Of a stretch of DNA of 64,000 nt, positions 1 to 13,095 are shown piece by piece. How positions within the stretch are numbered: position 1 is the first letter of the stretch; each line of letters begins with the position of its first letter. The stretch comes from Camelus ferus (taxonomy: Eukaryota): assembly GCF_009834535.1 (NCBI RefSeq), contig NC_045705.1:8556001-8620000 (forward strand). The letters run 5' to 3'. The position numbers and the translations under genes were made by a program. The notes under the pieces are model-generated. The model did not search any database, was not told the origin of the DNA, and saw only the letters and a program-made list of their open reading frames with translations.

Positions 1-70
1 CCAGTACCTCTACTAAGTAAATAAGTAAATAAACCTAATTACCTCCCCCTCAAAAAAAAAAAAAAAAAAA
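1..70 (+). mobile_element. Vic-1-type SINE, 3' part (cut by the window edge)
   Basis: ccagtacctc...aaacctaattacctccccc plus poly(A), identical in layout to the tails of the full copies. Confidence 0.8.
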
Positions 71-605
71 GAACAGGGAAAAGCAGCAGTTATAAAAAAT
101 GCTTCAAACAAATTCTCATGAAACAAATAAAAGATGTAAAATCTCAGAAATAAAAGTTACAGAAAAGAATCAAATGCAAAATATTAAGTTTAAATACATA
201 ATAACAGAAATTTTAAAATGTCAACAGATAGGAAAGAAATAATAAAGATAATATCAGAAATAAATTAAACTGAAAACAGGAACACTTGAGAAAATCAGTG
301 AAACAAATAGCTGATTGTTATGAGAAAAAATCAATAAGATCAGTAAACCTCTAGCTAGACTGATAAATATAAAAAGAAAAAAAAATCCACCAATTACCAA
401 CATCAGAAATGAAACAGGAGATATTGCTACAGATCTTATAGCCATTAAAAGGATAATAAAGAAATATATGGACAACATTACACTTTTAAATTCAACAACT
501 TCAAAGAAATGGAAGAATGCTTTGAAAACCATGAACAACAAAAACTCATTCAAGATGAAATAAGTAATCTGAATAGTTCTACAATTACTTTAAAAATTGA
601 TTTTA

Positions 606-871
606 NNNNNNNNNNNNNNNNNNNNNNNNNNNNNNNNNNNNNNNNNNNNNNNNNNNNNNNNNNNNNNNNNNNNNNNNNNNNNNNNNNNNNNNNNNNNNNN
701 NNNNNNNNNNNNNNNNNNNNNNNNNNNNNNNNNNNNNNNNNNNNNNNNNNNNNNNNNNNNNNNNNNNNNNNNNNNNNNNNNNNNNNNNNNNNNNNNNNNN
801 NNNNNNNNNNNNNNNNNNNNNNNNNNNNNNNNNNNNNNNNNNNNNNNNNNNNNNNNNNNNNNNNNNNNNNN
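606..871. other. Assembly gap (other gaps: 1757-1909, 2995-3138, 24328-24475, 61002-61195); all lie within L1 sequence
   Basis: Runs of N. Confidence 0.99.
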
Positions 872-1423
872 TCTAGCAGATCTTTATAAAAAATAATAAT
901 ATACATGACCAAATGGGATTTATTCCAGATATTTAAAGCTTACACAATATTTTAAAAATTACTTAAATATAATGCACTCTATCAACAGGCTAAAGATGAA
1001 AAAATATATGATCATATGAAAAAATATTTTTAAAAAATCAACATTTACTAATGATAAACATTTTCAACAAAGAATAGAGGGAAACTTTCTCAACTTGGCC
1101 AAGAGCAGCTACAAATATCTACAGTTAACATCATTCTTAATGGTGAAAGAAAGACTGAATGCTTTTCTTCTAAGACTGGGAACAAGGTAAGGATATCTGT
1201 CTTACTACTCTTACTCAACATCGTGCTGAAAGCTCTAGCCAGCACAATAAGGCAAGAAAAAGAAAAGTCATACAGATTGAAGAGGGGAAATTAAAACCAT
1301 CTCTATCTGCAGATAATATGATGGTCTATGTAGTAAATCCCAAAGAATCGACAAAACAAAAACCAAACCCAAGACTAATAAGAGAGTTCAGCATGATTGC
1401 AGGATTCAATATTAACACACACA

Positions 1424-1546
1424 GGGGAGGGTATAGCTTTGTGGTAGAGTGCGTGTCTAGCATGCTTAGGGTCTTGGGTTCAATCCCCAGTACTTCCATT
1501 AAAAATAAATGAGTAAACCTCATTACCTCCCCTCCTCCAAAAAAAA
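1424..1546 (+). mobile_element. Vic-1-type tRNA-Ala-derived SINE inserted in L1
   Basis: ggggagggtatagctttgtggtagag...ggttcaatccccagtacttcc, with A/B boxes and the cctcattacctccc tail. Confidence 0.88.
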
Positions 1547-4510
1547 GTTTATAAAAAAGCATCCAAAGGGGGAAAAAAAACAATATTAATGCAAAAAAAT
1601 TAATTGTATTTTGGGAAGATATTGATCAAAGGATGCAAACATGAAGTTATGAGATAAATATATTCTGAAGACATAATATACAGCATGGTGACAATAGTTT
1701 AACACTGTATTACATACTTGAAATTTGCTAAGAGAGTAAGATCTTGAGTAAGCTCTNNNNNNNNNNNNNNNNNNNNNNNNNNNNNNNNNNNNNNNNNNNN
1801 NNNNNNNNNNNNNNNNNNNNNNNNNNNNNNNNNNNNNNNNNNNNNNNNNNNNNNNNNNNNNNNNNNNNNNNNNNNNNNNNNNNNNNNNNNNNNNNNNNNN
1901 NNNNNNNNNCTCAATAAATCTGGAGGAAAAAAGAAAAATATTCATTGCATTTCTATACATCAGATGTATACATGAAAACTGAAATTTAACAATGCAATAC
2001 CATTTTCAATTGTTCCAAAGAAAATGAGATAGTTAGTTATAAATCTAACAAAATCTGTACAGAATCCGCATGCTGAAAATGACAAAATACTGATGAAAGA
2101 AGCCAAAGGAGACCTAAATAACACAGAAATTTTCCATGTTTGAGAACTGGAAGGCTCCATATAGTAAAAATGTCTTCTCGCCACATTTAAATACATGTTT
2201 AACAGAATGCCTATCAAAATCCCAGCATGGCTCTTGTAGACATAGACAAGTATTTTGTAAAACTTATATAGCAAGTAAAAGACCTGAGGATAACCAAGGC
2301 AGTTTTGAAAGAACACTAATATGGGAGGCATCGCTCTGCCTGGTGTATGGTTTACAATAGAGCTTTGGAGATAGTCATCTAGATGGTGTGATATTGTCAG
2401 AGGATAGGCACATGGATCGGTGGAACACAGTGGAAAATCCAGAGATGGAATCATGCAAATACACCTATTTGATTTTTGACAGAGGTTCAAAACCAACTGA
2501 ATGCAGGAGAGAGAGCCTTTTAAACAAATGATGCTAGAGCAACTGGACATACATAGGCCAAAAAACAAGCTTCGACCTAAACCTGACAACTTACACAAAA
2601 ACTATCTCAAAATGGATTTCGGAGTTAAATGTAAAACTAAAAGCTTTTAGGAAAATAATAGGAGAAAATATTTGAGAACTAGGACTGGGTAAATGTTTCT
2701 ATACTTTGCACTGAAAGAATAATCTACAAAAGGAAATTTTGACAAATTAGACTTCAACAATATTAAAAATTTTTGCTCTGTGAAAGATCTTATTTAGAGA
2801 GTGAAATACAAATTTACAGACTGGGAGAAAATATTTGTAAAGCACAGATCTGAAAAAGGATGTTTATTTGGAATATATAAGGAAATCATGATATTCAACA
2901 GTAAAAAAAAAAATGATCAAATTAGAAAATGGGCAAAAGTCATTAATTTGACATTTCACTGAGAGATATATAGATGACAAATAAGAACATGAAANNNNNN
3001 NNNNNNNNNNNNNNNNNNNNNNNNNNNNNNNNNNNNNNNNNNNNNNNNNNNNNNNNNNNNNNNNNNNNNNNNNNNNNNNNNNNNNNNNNNNNNNNNNNNN
3101 NNNNNNNNNNNNNNNNNNNNNNNNNNNNNNNNNNNNNNATACATTGCTAGTGGTGACGTAAAAGGTTATGGCCACTCTGGAAAATCGTTTGGCAACTTTC
3201 TAAAACTAGAAATGGACTTAGCATAAGACCCAGATATTGCATTCTCAGGCATTTACCCCAGAGAAATGACAATTTATGTTCAGGCAGAAACTTGCATGCA
3301 AATGCTTATAGCAGCTTTATTTGTAATAGCCCCAAACTGGAAGCCACCCAAATGTCCTCCAGTGGGTAAACAGGGGGATGAGTGATCAAGCTGTGCCACG
3401 CTATACTGTGGGATACTATTGATGCACGCAACAGCTTGGAGAGATCTGAAGAAAACCATGCTGCGTGGAAAAAGTCAATCTCATGCATGTAAATACTGCA
3501 AGATCCCATTTATATAACACTCCTGGAATAAAATTATATACATGGATGGACAACAGATTAATGGTTTCAAAGGGTTAGGGATGAGGTGGGTGGATACAAA
3601 GGGATACTGCAAGAGAGCCTTGTGGTGATGATATATAGTTTTGTACCTTGATCGTGGTCATAGTTACATGAAATTAAAATGATTAAAATTGCATATAATT
3701 TACACATATGCACAAATGAGTCCATGTATAACTGTATAACTGATAAAATCTGAGTAAGTTCTGTGGGTTGTACTAAGGGTAATTACCTGGTTTTGATACT
3801 GTACTTCAGTTATGCGAAATGTTAACACTGGGGAGACTGGGTGAATCAATAAATATTTCATTTAAAAAGTTTTTTTTTATGCAATGTTGCAAACTGACTA
3901 TACTTCAATTTTTAAAAATTAATTTTAAAAACTTTTTTTTAGAGTCCACAAATCAGCTTTTCTTTACCAGTCAGAATGTTCACATTATTCTTTATTTAAA
4001 AAATCCACGTGACTAGACCCATCACACATTTAATGAGACAAGTCTGCCTCATGTCAGTTCATAGATTAAAGTTTTGGTAACTCATTCACAAAGTCTAAAT
4101 AAAGCAGGAGAACTTAACACTCACAGTTTGCTCTCAAGAGTCATGTTTTCCTTCACCCTGACTGTCCTACCAAAGTGAAGGCGTCTGTAAACTGGTAAAC
4201 TTGACATTTCTGGAGCACCCTGGGCTCAGGATGCCTACAAAGGCCACCCAACTTCAATTTATCCTTAAATAGGATTTTTCAAATAATATTAGTTAAAATG
4301 TCTTGATCGCCGAATGATTCAACTACCTGCTACACAATAGAAGGTAAGAGGAGGATTCACCAGAAATCAGAAAATATGGTTTTAGTTCATGTTGCTTAAG
4401 ATACAGGAGAAAGCTTTTGTGGTTCTCCTTTTAAAGCCTTTGGAAATATAGTCAGGGGGCAATAAGAGAAAAAATTTGCCAGTAGAATAAACATTCAGAA
4501 TATAGATATT

Positions 4511-4708
4511 CAACAACAAGTTCCTACTGTATAGCACAGGGAACAATATTCATTATCTTATAATAGTCTATAATGAAAATGAATATGAAAAGGAATATAT
4601 ACATATAAGTGAATCACTACGCTGTACACCAGAAACTAACACAACATTGTAAACCAACTGTACTCAATAAAAAGAGAAAGAAAGAAATGGCAGCATACAA
4701 AAATTAAA
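4511..4708 (+). mobile_element. 5'-truncated cetartiodactyl L1 3' end
   Basis: ctgtatagcacagggaac...caataaaaa, flanked by a perfect 14-bp TSD agaatatagatatt (4497-4510, 4709-4722). Confidence 0.88.
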
Positions 4709-4869
4709 AGAATATAGATATTTGGTCTGATTTAGTATTTACTGAACGCTTATCTTGGGCACTTGTCGTGTGACCGACTGATTCTTTGGGCTTGCAGGGA
4801 GCCTGTGGCTTGGGAACTTGTGACAACTGTAAACCACTATAACCCCAACCCCATCACTACCACTGAGGG

Positions 4870-5110
4870 TAACGGCTATTTACTCAGCACAATGTGTTAG
4901 GCACAGTGCTAAGCACTCTACACTTACCATCTGGGCTCATCTTCATGAGAACTCTGTGAGAGGCATCATTATCCAGACTTAAAGGTGGAGAAACTGAGAA
5001 GAGAGATGTCTAGATACTTCCCAAGGTCAGCCAAGTAGAAAATGTCAGAATCCAGACTGGAACCCAGGTCCTCTGATTTCAAAACCCATTCTTCAACCAC
5101 TCATCCATGT
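4870..5110. mobile_element. MIR SINE
   Basis: Core motifs gaaactgag...cccaaggtcagcc...gaacccaggtcctctgatttc. Confidence 0.7.
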
Positions 5111-5440
5111 GTCTCCACTAGAACCTATTTTAAATCCTCCTCTTCCCTGCTTCTTGTTAGGGCTCTGGGCTGCTCTCCTCCAGGGCTCTGGGTATTTCCC
5201 TGACTTCATGTTTTTTCTCTGCCTGCTTCCCCCAGCAAATTCCATGTGGAGGATGGAGCAGAGCCCAGAGAGGAGGTAAGGGAGATGTTCCAGCAGAGAT
5301 TGGTGTGAGCAGAGTTAGATGAGGAAGTGATGGGGCAGATGTGAGATGAGGGAGAGAGAGAGGGAGAGAAATTTCTTTCACTGATTTAGTTATTAGGGTA
5401 AAACTAGTAAGTAAGGCAATTGAGTCTCTTTATCAGGCCT

Positions 5441-5720
5441 TTTTAAAAAAAATTCTTATTTTTTATTAAAGTGTAGTCGATTTACAGTGTTAGTTTCAAG
5501 TGCACAGCAAAGTGATTCAGTTATACACATACATACATAACATATATATTTTTTCAGATCCTTTTCCATTATAGCTCATTATAAGAAATTGAATATAGCT
5601 CCCTGTGCTATTCAGTAGGTCCTTGTTTATCTGTTTTATACATAGCAATGTGTATCTACTAATCTCAAACTCCTAGTCTATCCCTCCCCTCTGGTAACCA
5701 CAATTTGTTTTCTATGTCCT
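5441..5720 (-). mobile_element. Cetartiodactyl L1 3' end
   Basis: ttattaaagtgtagtcgatttacagtgttagtttcaagtgcacagcaaagtgattcag, with TSD-like tcaggcctt/tcaggtctt. Confidence 0.85.
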
Positions 5721-5859
5721 TTCAGGTCTTTTTAACCAAAACGCTTTCTTCCTTAGTGGTCTGAGGCCTGAGAATATGCATGGAAAAGATTCCCCGACCC
5801 CTCCACACCCTTGCTGGCTTAATCTAGGCTGGCTTCTGCATAAACAGGAATACCACCTT

Positions 5860-6480
5860 GTTCCCGTTATTTTTGCTGCATAACAAACTACTTCTAAACC
5901 TAGACAATATGGACTGTCACTATCTCAGGATGCTGTGGGGTGACTAGGCTGAGCTGACTAGGTGTCCCTCACCCACACAGCTGCAGTCAGAGAGTGGCTG
6001 AGTTTGGAGTCATGTGAAGGCTTCTCTCCTGTAGCCTAAATATGAATGGCTGGAAAATCTGGGTCTGGTTGGGCTTCTCTGCATGGAGAGCATCTAGTTA
6101 GCTTGGGTGTCCTTACAGCGTGATGGTCACGGGAGAACCAGCAGTCATGCACTGGGGCTGGCTTGTAGGAACTTGAATGAATTTCTTTCTAACCTGTATT
6201 CAGAGCTGTCACTTGGGTAGCCTGAAATCAGCCACAGTGGGGGAAGTATTTATATTGTGAAAACTGGTGAACACTATAAATCAGAGGGCTCCCCCAACCC
6301 CAGAGAGCCAGGTTACCAGCACATGATTTTATAAGGCGGTTGGCATCCCCCGGAGTGAGTGAGCCAAGAAAACTGGAAGGAAGCTGCAAAGCATTTGAGA
6401 ACCTAGCCATGAATGTCCCCAGACATCACTCCCTTCTTATTCTATTGGCCATCAGGTCCCTAAGGTGATCCCCAGTCCAA
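5860..6480 (-). mobile_element. MLT1-type (ERVL-MaLR) solo LTR
   Basis: gttatttttgctgcataacaaactac start and cacttccttcttattctattggccatc-like end typical of MLT1. Confidence 0.7.
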
Positions 6481-7429
6481 GAGGAAGAGAATTATCATCC
6501 ATGCCCCATGGAAGGAGAGTGAAGAAACTGTACAGTAGAGGACCCAGCACAGAGAAGGCTCTAAATAAATGTTTGATGAATGAGTGAATGAATGAGTAGT
6601 CACTTACACAATACGTATGACCTGAAATCACTCTAAAAGTGTAAAGCCTTCTGGAAAATTTGACTTCAACGTCAGAGCCAGTGATTTTTAAGTCCCCAAA
6701 GAGCCTCAATCTACAATTGCTTGATATAGATCTGTTGACACTCTGTCTGCTGGTATTCACAGACCTATTGACTCAAGCCCTTCCTGCTTGTGTGCTCAAC
6801 TGGTACTGTACACACGACAACAGCAGAATGCTTGTATTATAGATGTTTTCATACTATCAAAGTTTGCTTTACCTCCCTAAGTAAATTGCAAATTCCTTGA
6901 GAGAGTTCTCATGTATTTCTTTGCCCAGCCTCTTCCCTCCCTTGCCAAAACTAGGTAATCAGACGTACACATACACACAAATACTTACAAGACGTATGAT
7001 AGATAAAGATTCTAAGCCTTTGAAGCAAAGAAGGAAAGGAACTAAATATTCTTAATTGCTGTATTTTGTAAAGGTTCTCCTTTAACTCTTGCATTCACCT
7101 AGTGAAGTAGGCATTATTATTTTCCATTTGAGGCAAATGAGTCTCAAGAAAATTTGCCAATTTGGTTGAGGCCAGACTAGGAGGTGATGAGCCAGGATTC
7201 AGCTGTAGACCTGCCTGGTTCCCGCTGCAGGACACATCCCTCCCTCTCCCCCATTCTCTCTGCCTCTCTCTTGAAGCATCCACAAGTCATAAAAATGCTA
7301 ATGCTTCTAAACCCCAGATAGAGTAATAAGCGTTTCAAGTTCTGCTCTTGTAAGAAATGTCCTTTAAAAGCTTGGGAAGACAAGAAGCCTGAAGTGCCTT
7401 ATACTAGGAAGGGAGTAAGGCTGGTAGCA

Positions 7430-7930
7430 GGGAGGTCAGCTAAGCGGTGATTGTAGTAACTCTGGCCGAGAGTGTTGGTGGGATGGACCAAGGTTGTGCT
7501 GGTGGGATGAGGAGGTGGGAAAATGAGGAATATTAAGACAGATCGACAGACTAGTGATGGATTGGATCATCCAGGTGCCAGTCAGTCACTGTAGAGTCAT
7601 CACTCTGGCTGTACTGGGAAGATGAGGCTTGGAGAGAGGAAGGCTGGATGGGCGGTTTCCATATTCCTGGAGAAGATAAGGGCTTAAACTAGGAAAGTAG
7701 CCATGAAAGTAAGAGAGTGGATGGATTTGAGAGAAAACACAGAGGCAGTATCAACAGAATCTGTTGCCAAATTAGATGTGGGAATATGAGGATGAGGAAG
7801 GGGTCAAGGGTGAAATCTAGAAATCAGTCATGGACAACCAGGTGCCTTTCATGGAGTGAGTGGACACGTGGCTGGGGGATGGGGGAGCAGATTTCAGGGG
7901 AGTAAGAATTCTGGACGTGCCAAGTTTCAG
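7430..7930. mobile_element. L2 LINE fragment
   Basis: Purine-rich L2 motifs (ggaggt...ttgtagtaactctggccgagag; gaggaaggggtcaagggtga). Confidence 0.6.
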
Positions 7931-10377
7931 GTGAATGTGTAAGCGGGCGCTGGCAGCCAGCATGCAATTGCATTTGAAACAAAGCAAACATCTCTTATCT
8001 CAGTGAGATTATTTGTTCCCTTCAGGGGGTAGAGATGAAAGCACCGAGCCCGTGTGCGGCAGGGTTCTGCGTCAGGTAATAACAGGGCCCTGCAATGGAT
8101 GCTTTCGCTTCCCAGTTGTTCAACTTTCTCTCCAAAAGCCATTTATTACCCTGGAGGCGCCTCCATCAGCACCAAGATGTCTTTATGAAGACTTCCAAAG
8201 CTAATTAAGAACTGTACGATTTAATCAGTGGCAGTGACTCATCTATATAACTCACAGATAGTGTGGCAGGGAGATTTCAGTGGCCCCTAGGACCCCAGGT
8301 CTGCCTGCATGCACACACATACACACACACACACAGCCCGAAATTTAGAACTTGCACGGACAGGCTCCAAGACGTGTTTGCACGCTTCTGCCCCACATGA
8401 GCACACAGCCACAGTTTACCTAAGGTCCCTGCATGTCAGGGCAGGGAGCCCGGGCCCTTTGTCCCTGCTACACTCCGAGGAAGAAGGGAAACATTCAAGC
8501 CAGTGAGCCGCAGCTTTCCTGCGTGCCAGCTTTTAGTATGAGACCCTCTAAGGGTTCCAGCCAGAAGACAAAGCCAGGTGTCAGGAGGGCAAAGTGGGTA
8601 GGACAGCCCCAGCCAACAGAGATCACTTGTAGTTCCTTCACCGATGTGCTCGCTCTACCACTATTAGAACAGGCACCCGAAACCAAGCCCGGGTTAGATT
8701 TCCAGAAACCACCACTGCAGCTGGAGCTGAGCAGGGTTCTGCTCACCCAGCCCAGGGGGGAGCCAAACATCCTCCTCACCCAGCCCAGGGTCCCTTGACC
8801 AGACTCCAGCTTTACCCAGAGATGCCCTAAAAAGTCTCACCTTACATCCAACTTTCCTGCATGGAAACCCACTAAAGAAGAGCTTCCTTACCTGCAAGGA
8901 GGTCCCGGTGACCAGCATTGAAAAAAACACCAAGTTCCAGCAGACGTGACAGGGACGCACAGGGCCGATCTATTGCTTTTAAAAGAAGAAACGTGACTTC
9001 ATCTCTGGTGCCGTGGAGTTTAGAAGAGCAACGCGTACTCCCTGCCTGAGCCAATTCAGCCTCGCCAGTGATGATTCCATCCAAATTATGCGGCCACTGC
9101 CCGGACACGCTCAGCCTTCAGAAGGTGGATCGCCGGAATCTGACTTGCCCTGTTGTTTTCAAAGAGCTTCAGAAAGTCCGGAAGCACTGATCGCCTTCAC
9201 CAGCACCAGGGGCAGGGAAACCTTACACTTACTTCCCCAAATCATACATTATCTCCCAAGAATCCAACATTCTAGGGAAGGGAAACAGGTATTTAAACTT
9301 CTGAGAGGTAGAAATTCTTGGGGGAGGTGGGGAGAGAGAAAAAGCAAAGATCTTTCAGTCAGGAGGAGGGGCTGTGAAAATCTGGAAAGGATACCCTTGC
9401 TCAGAGGTTTTCAGAGCTGGTGGATTTGGAAGCAGACAAAGGTGACAAATAGGTGATGGTCTGGACTTTGCAGAGAGGAAAGTATTCAGTTCAGCAAAGA
9501 GAATGAGTCACTGTATGGAAGGAAATGTGATCAACTTTCTAATTTTCACCATCTTATTTTCTTTTCATTGACTATGGTACCAATCCATTTGGGGCCATTT
9601 GTAACATTAATCTATTAGTTCAAAACAGGCCCACATTCCACTAAGAATATTAGGGAAAGAGACATTTATTTAAGTCAGGAATTTTCTCTTTTGTATGTTA
9701 AAGGTGAGGCTGGAGCAATCGGATTTGTAACATGGGATTCAAGGTCACATCAAGCTACCCAGTAAGGCGAGAACCTCTCCTGGATGCCACGTCCTTGGGC
9801 TAAAGTTTGGGCAGGACTTCTGGCTGTGGTGTCAGGACAAGGAATGGTAATATGTGTGACCTCTGTTGGACGTAGAGCAGAGGGTCGAGCTTAGCAGCCG
9901 ACTGCCCTTCCCCCCACACCTCTACTTCAGGAGACTGTAAGGTGAACTAGGCAGGTGTCCAGTTTGGGTCACTAGGCAGGTGTCCAGTTTCCTGCTGAAC
10001 TATTTTGAGGTTTTGGGGATCATCTTGTGTCGTTTGACTCCAGAGAGGGTAAAACAAGAAAAAAAAAATCTCTGTTAAGATAGAGATATTCAGTTCCAAT
10101 GTTAGAAAGGGCATTTTGAATTCAGAAATTTAATAAATGTCAACATGGCTTAGAGAAGGAACTTGCAAGTCTAGTCAGGGTGTAATGATAGGAAAGGTGC
10201 AGAGTTTCATCAATGGTAAGATCAAAAAAGGGCAGGAGCCATTTTTATTCAGTTTATTATAGTATCCTCAGAGCCTTGCACACAGAGTAGCACATGGTAG
10301 GCACAGGGCAGATAGTAAATGGTGTCCAACAGCCCTTTCTCTTCTAGATTTCTCAAACAGATCTGTTGAGAACTCTT

Positions 10378-10465
10378 GTATAACTGAAGTATAACTGATA
10401 TACAGTATCTTAGCACTTCTATATGTGTTCACCATAGTTTACACGACAGTGATTTGATATTTACA
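10378..10465 (-). mobile_element. 88-bp L1 3'-end fragment with a 12-bp TSD
   Basis: ttgagaactctt at 10366-10377 and 10466-10477, flanking ctgaagtataactgatatacag...gtgatttgatattt. Confidence 0.7.
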
Positions 10466-10759
10466 TTGAGAACTCTTCAAGTCACCATCTGGTAAGCAAG
10501 GCAGTTGCAGAGAGCACAAGCTAGTGGGTCTTCTGTAAGGCAAGAGAAACTTGGTCCCATTTTTTTTTTTTTTTTTTTTTTTGCCTCAGCCCCTAGGTTT
10601 ACTGCCAAAGTTAGAACAGAGCAAAGAAAGCCAATTTCTGGAACCAGAAGCCCCCTTTGCCTCCCTTGTTTCCCTGTGCATCAGCTAGACCCTCATGTCT
10701 TTTCCCAGGGCCAGGACTCCGTCTCTTAAGTAATCTGCCAAGTGTCTTTAATTATCTTT

Positions 10760-12130
10760 TGTTCTCAACATTTTTATCGTAGAAGGTTCAGACTTGGAGA
10801 TATACTGAAAGAATTTTAAAGTGAACTCCCGTACAGATATCATATAGTTCCTTCAACTGACATGTTACTGTATTTGCTTTATCATATATTAATTCTCTAC
10901 CCATTCCTCTACCCATCCAGCAACTCATTTAATTATTTTTGTTATTATAGTCCCAGGTAAGTTGTAGACATTAATACATTCCCCCAAATACTTGTGTTAT
11001 TAACCAGAGTTCCAAATTTGTTTACAATTCCTTTCTTTCTTTTCAGATGAAAATCATATACAATACAATGCAAAAATTGTTGATCCTTGTGTCAGGGCTG
11101 CACTGTCTTGTTTAGTATAGCTTTAGGGTAAGTCTTGAAGTCAAGTAGTATTAAGTCCTCAACTCTGACTTCTTTTCTCAAGACTTCTTTGAATAGTCAA
11201 AAATCTTTACATTTCTATAGAAGTTTTAGAATCAGCTTATCAATTTTGACTAAAAAGCATAGTAGGATTATGATTAGGATTGTAATGAAGCCATAGATCA
11301 ACTTGATAATTGCCCTCTTAAACACATTGAGTCTTTCAATCCATTAACTTGATGTATCTCCATTTGTTTACATCTTCAATTTCTCTCAGCATTGTTCTGT
11401 GATTTTTTTTCCTGTGTCATTGATTTTCAGCAGTTTGACTATGATATGCTCAAATGTTTTTATTTTTGTTTTGTTTGTTTTTGATATTAATCTTTCTTGG
11501 CATTTATTGAGGTTTTAGAATCTATAAATATTTGTCTTTTATCAAATTTATAAACTTTTCACCTATGACTTATTTAAATATTTTTCTGTACTCTTCTTTC
11601 TCTCCTCTCCATCTGGGACTCCAACTATATGTGCATAAGATGTTTTGATATTGTTGCAAAGATCTGTGAGTCTCCACACACTTCTTAAATCATTGTTCCT
11701 CAGTCTGAATCATTTCTGCTGATCTATCTTCTAGTTTTTTCTTCTTTCATCGCCCTTGTGCTTTTAAGCACCCTTATTGAATTTTTATTTGAGATATTTA
11801 TTTTTTAGTTCTCATATTTTCATTTGGCCCTTTTCAAATAATTTCTATTTATCTGCTAAGATTTTCTGTATTTTCATTCATCATGGGCATACTTTCCTTT
11901 CATACTTAAGCACAGTTACAACAACTCCTTTAAAATTCTTTTCTGTTAATCTGTCATCTAAGTCATCTTAGAGTCAGTCTCTGTTGACTGCCTTTACTCT
12001 TTAAAATAAGACATGTTTTCCTGTTTTGTCATATGTTGAATAATTTGGAGTGTACCTTGGTCAATATGAATGATATGTTGTAGAAACTCTGAATCCTATT
12101 ATGCTCTTCTGATGAGTATTGACTTTTCTT
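10760..12130 (-). mobile_element. Old L1M (L1MC/ME-like) fragments
   Basis: T-rich reverse L1 motifs (gtatagctttagggtaagtcttgaagtcaagtag; tctgggactccaactatatg). Confidence 0.75.
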
Positions 12131-12964
12131 TATTCAGGCCTTTAAAGTAACGGAAGTCAAACTACAAAACCCTATCTGCCCTATAGCAGCTGGAATTTCA
12201 GTTATCTACACGAACTATGATCCGAGAGGAACTACTTGGCAATATCAGAAGATTTCAATTATCTTTTGAGTCACCTACTTTACCTTCAACAAGATAATTC
12301 ACAGCTCTTTCCTGGGATACTAATTATGTTTTATTCCAAGCACCACTTCAGATTGACTGGCTTTGTTGAAATGGATACTGAGCTTCAGCAAAAAACGGTG
12401 ACATAGTCAATAAGCAAGATCTGCCTTGGACACAGAGGGGGAAGCATAAGGCAGATATTTGCAATTTCTGTTACGGATTTTTATAAGACAGTATAATACT
12501 CAGCTGTTTGTACGTACTAGAACATCTCCTTGAAGTCTGTATTTGCTTGTTTGTTGGTTAATCTCCTCCCTTAGATGTAAATTTCACCTGCACAGGGATA
12601 GTGCTTGTAAAATTCACTTTTATATGTCCAGTGTCTAGCATGTGGAATGCAGCAGGCTCTCACTAAGTATTTGGTGAGTGAATGAGAATAGTGTCTGATT
12701 GGGACCCATTCCAAATGGTACAAATTATCATCAGTGATCTATCCCTGAAAAAAAGAGGCAATTTAAGAATACTTAATCCAGTTTCATTTCTGTTTCAGCC
12801 TTAATTTTTAAAATTATATAACCAATGTGGGGAAACAAATAGAGAAAACAGATTAGCAAAAATAAAATAAATCACATAACCCCATTTTTCCCCTCACAGA
12901 CATAACCACTGTTACAATTTTTTTCCATGTAGCTTTTTATTATCCTTCAATTTTGCTTCTCAGT

Positions 12965-13095
12965 CTTGGGTGCAATATTCTAATTATCTGGGCTGCTTTG
13001 AAAAGTCATGATGTTTATGCCACATCCCAAGCCAATTAAATCACATTCTCAGGGATTGGGACCCAGGCATTAACATTGTTTTTAATTTCCAAGAT
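12965..13095. mobile_element. MER5-type hAT-Charlie DNA transposon remnant (similar remnants ~13780-13895, ~35030-35220, ~45390-45500)
   Basis: ccaattaaatcacattctcagggattgggacccaggcatt motif. Confidence 0.6.

Larger units (their letters stand above)
71..3900 (+). mobile_element. Old L1M-type LINE (ORF2 remnants and 3' UTR) with nested insertions and three N-gaps
   Basis: A-rich, decayed ORF2-like segments (e.g. aagactgggaacaaggtaaggatatc, ccactctggaaaatcgtttggca) and L1M 3' UTR motifs. A second L1MA-like 3' end lies at ~1620-1756. Confidence 0.85.
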
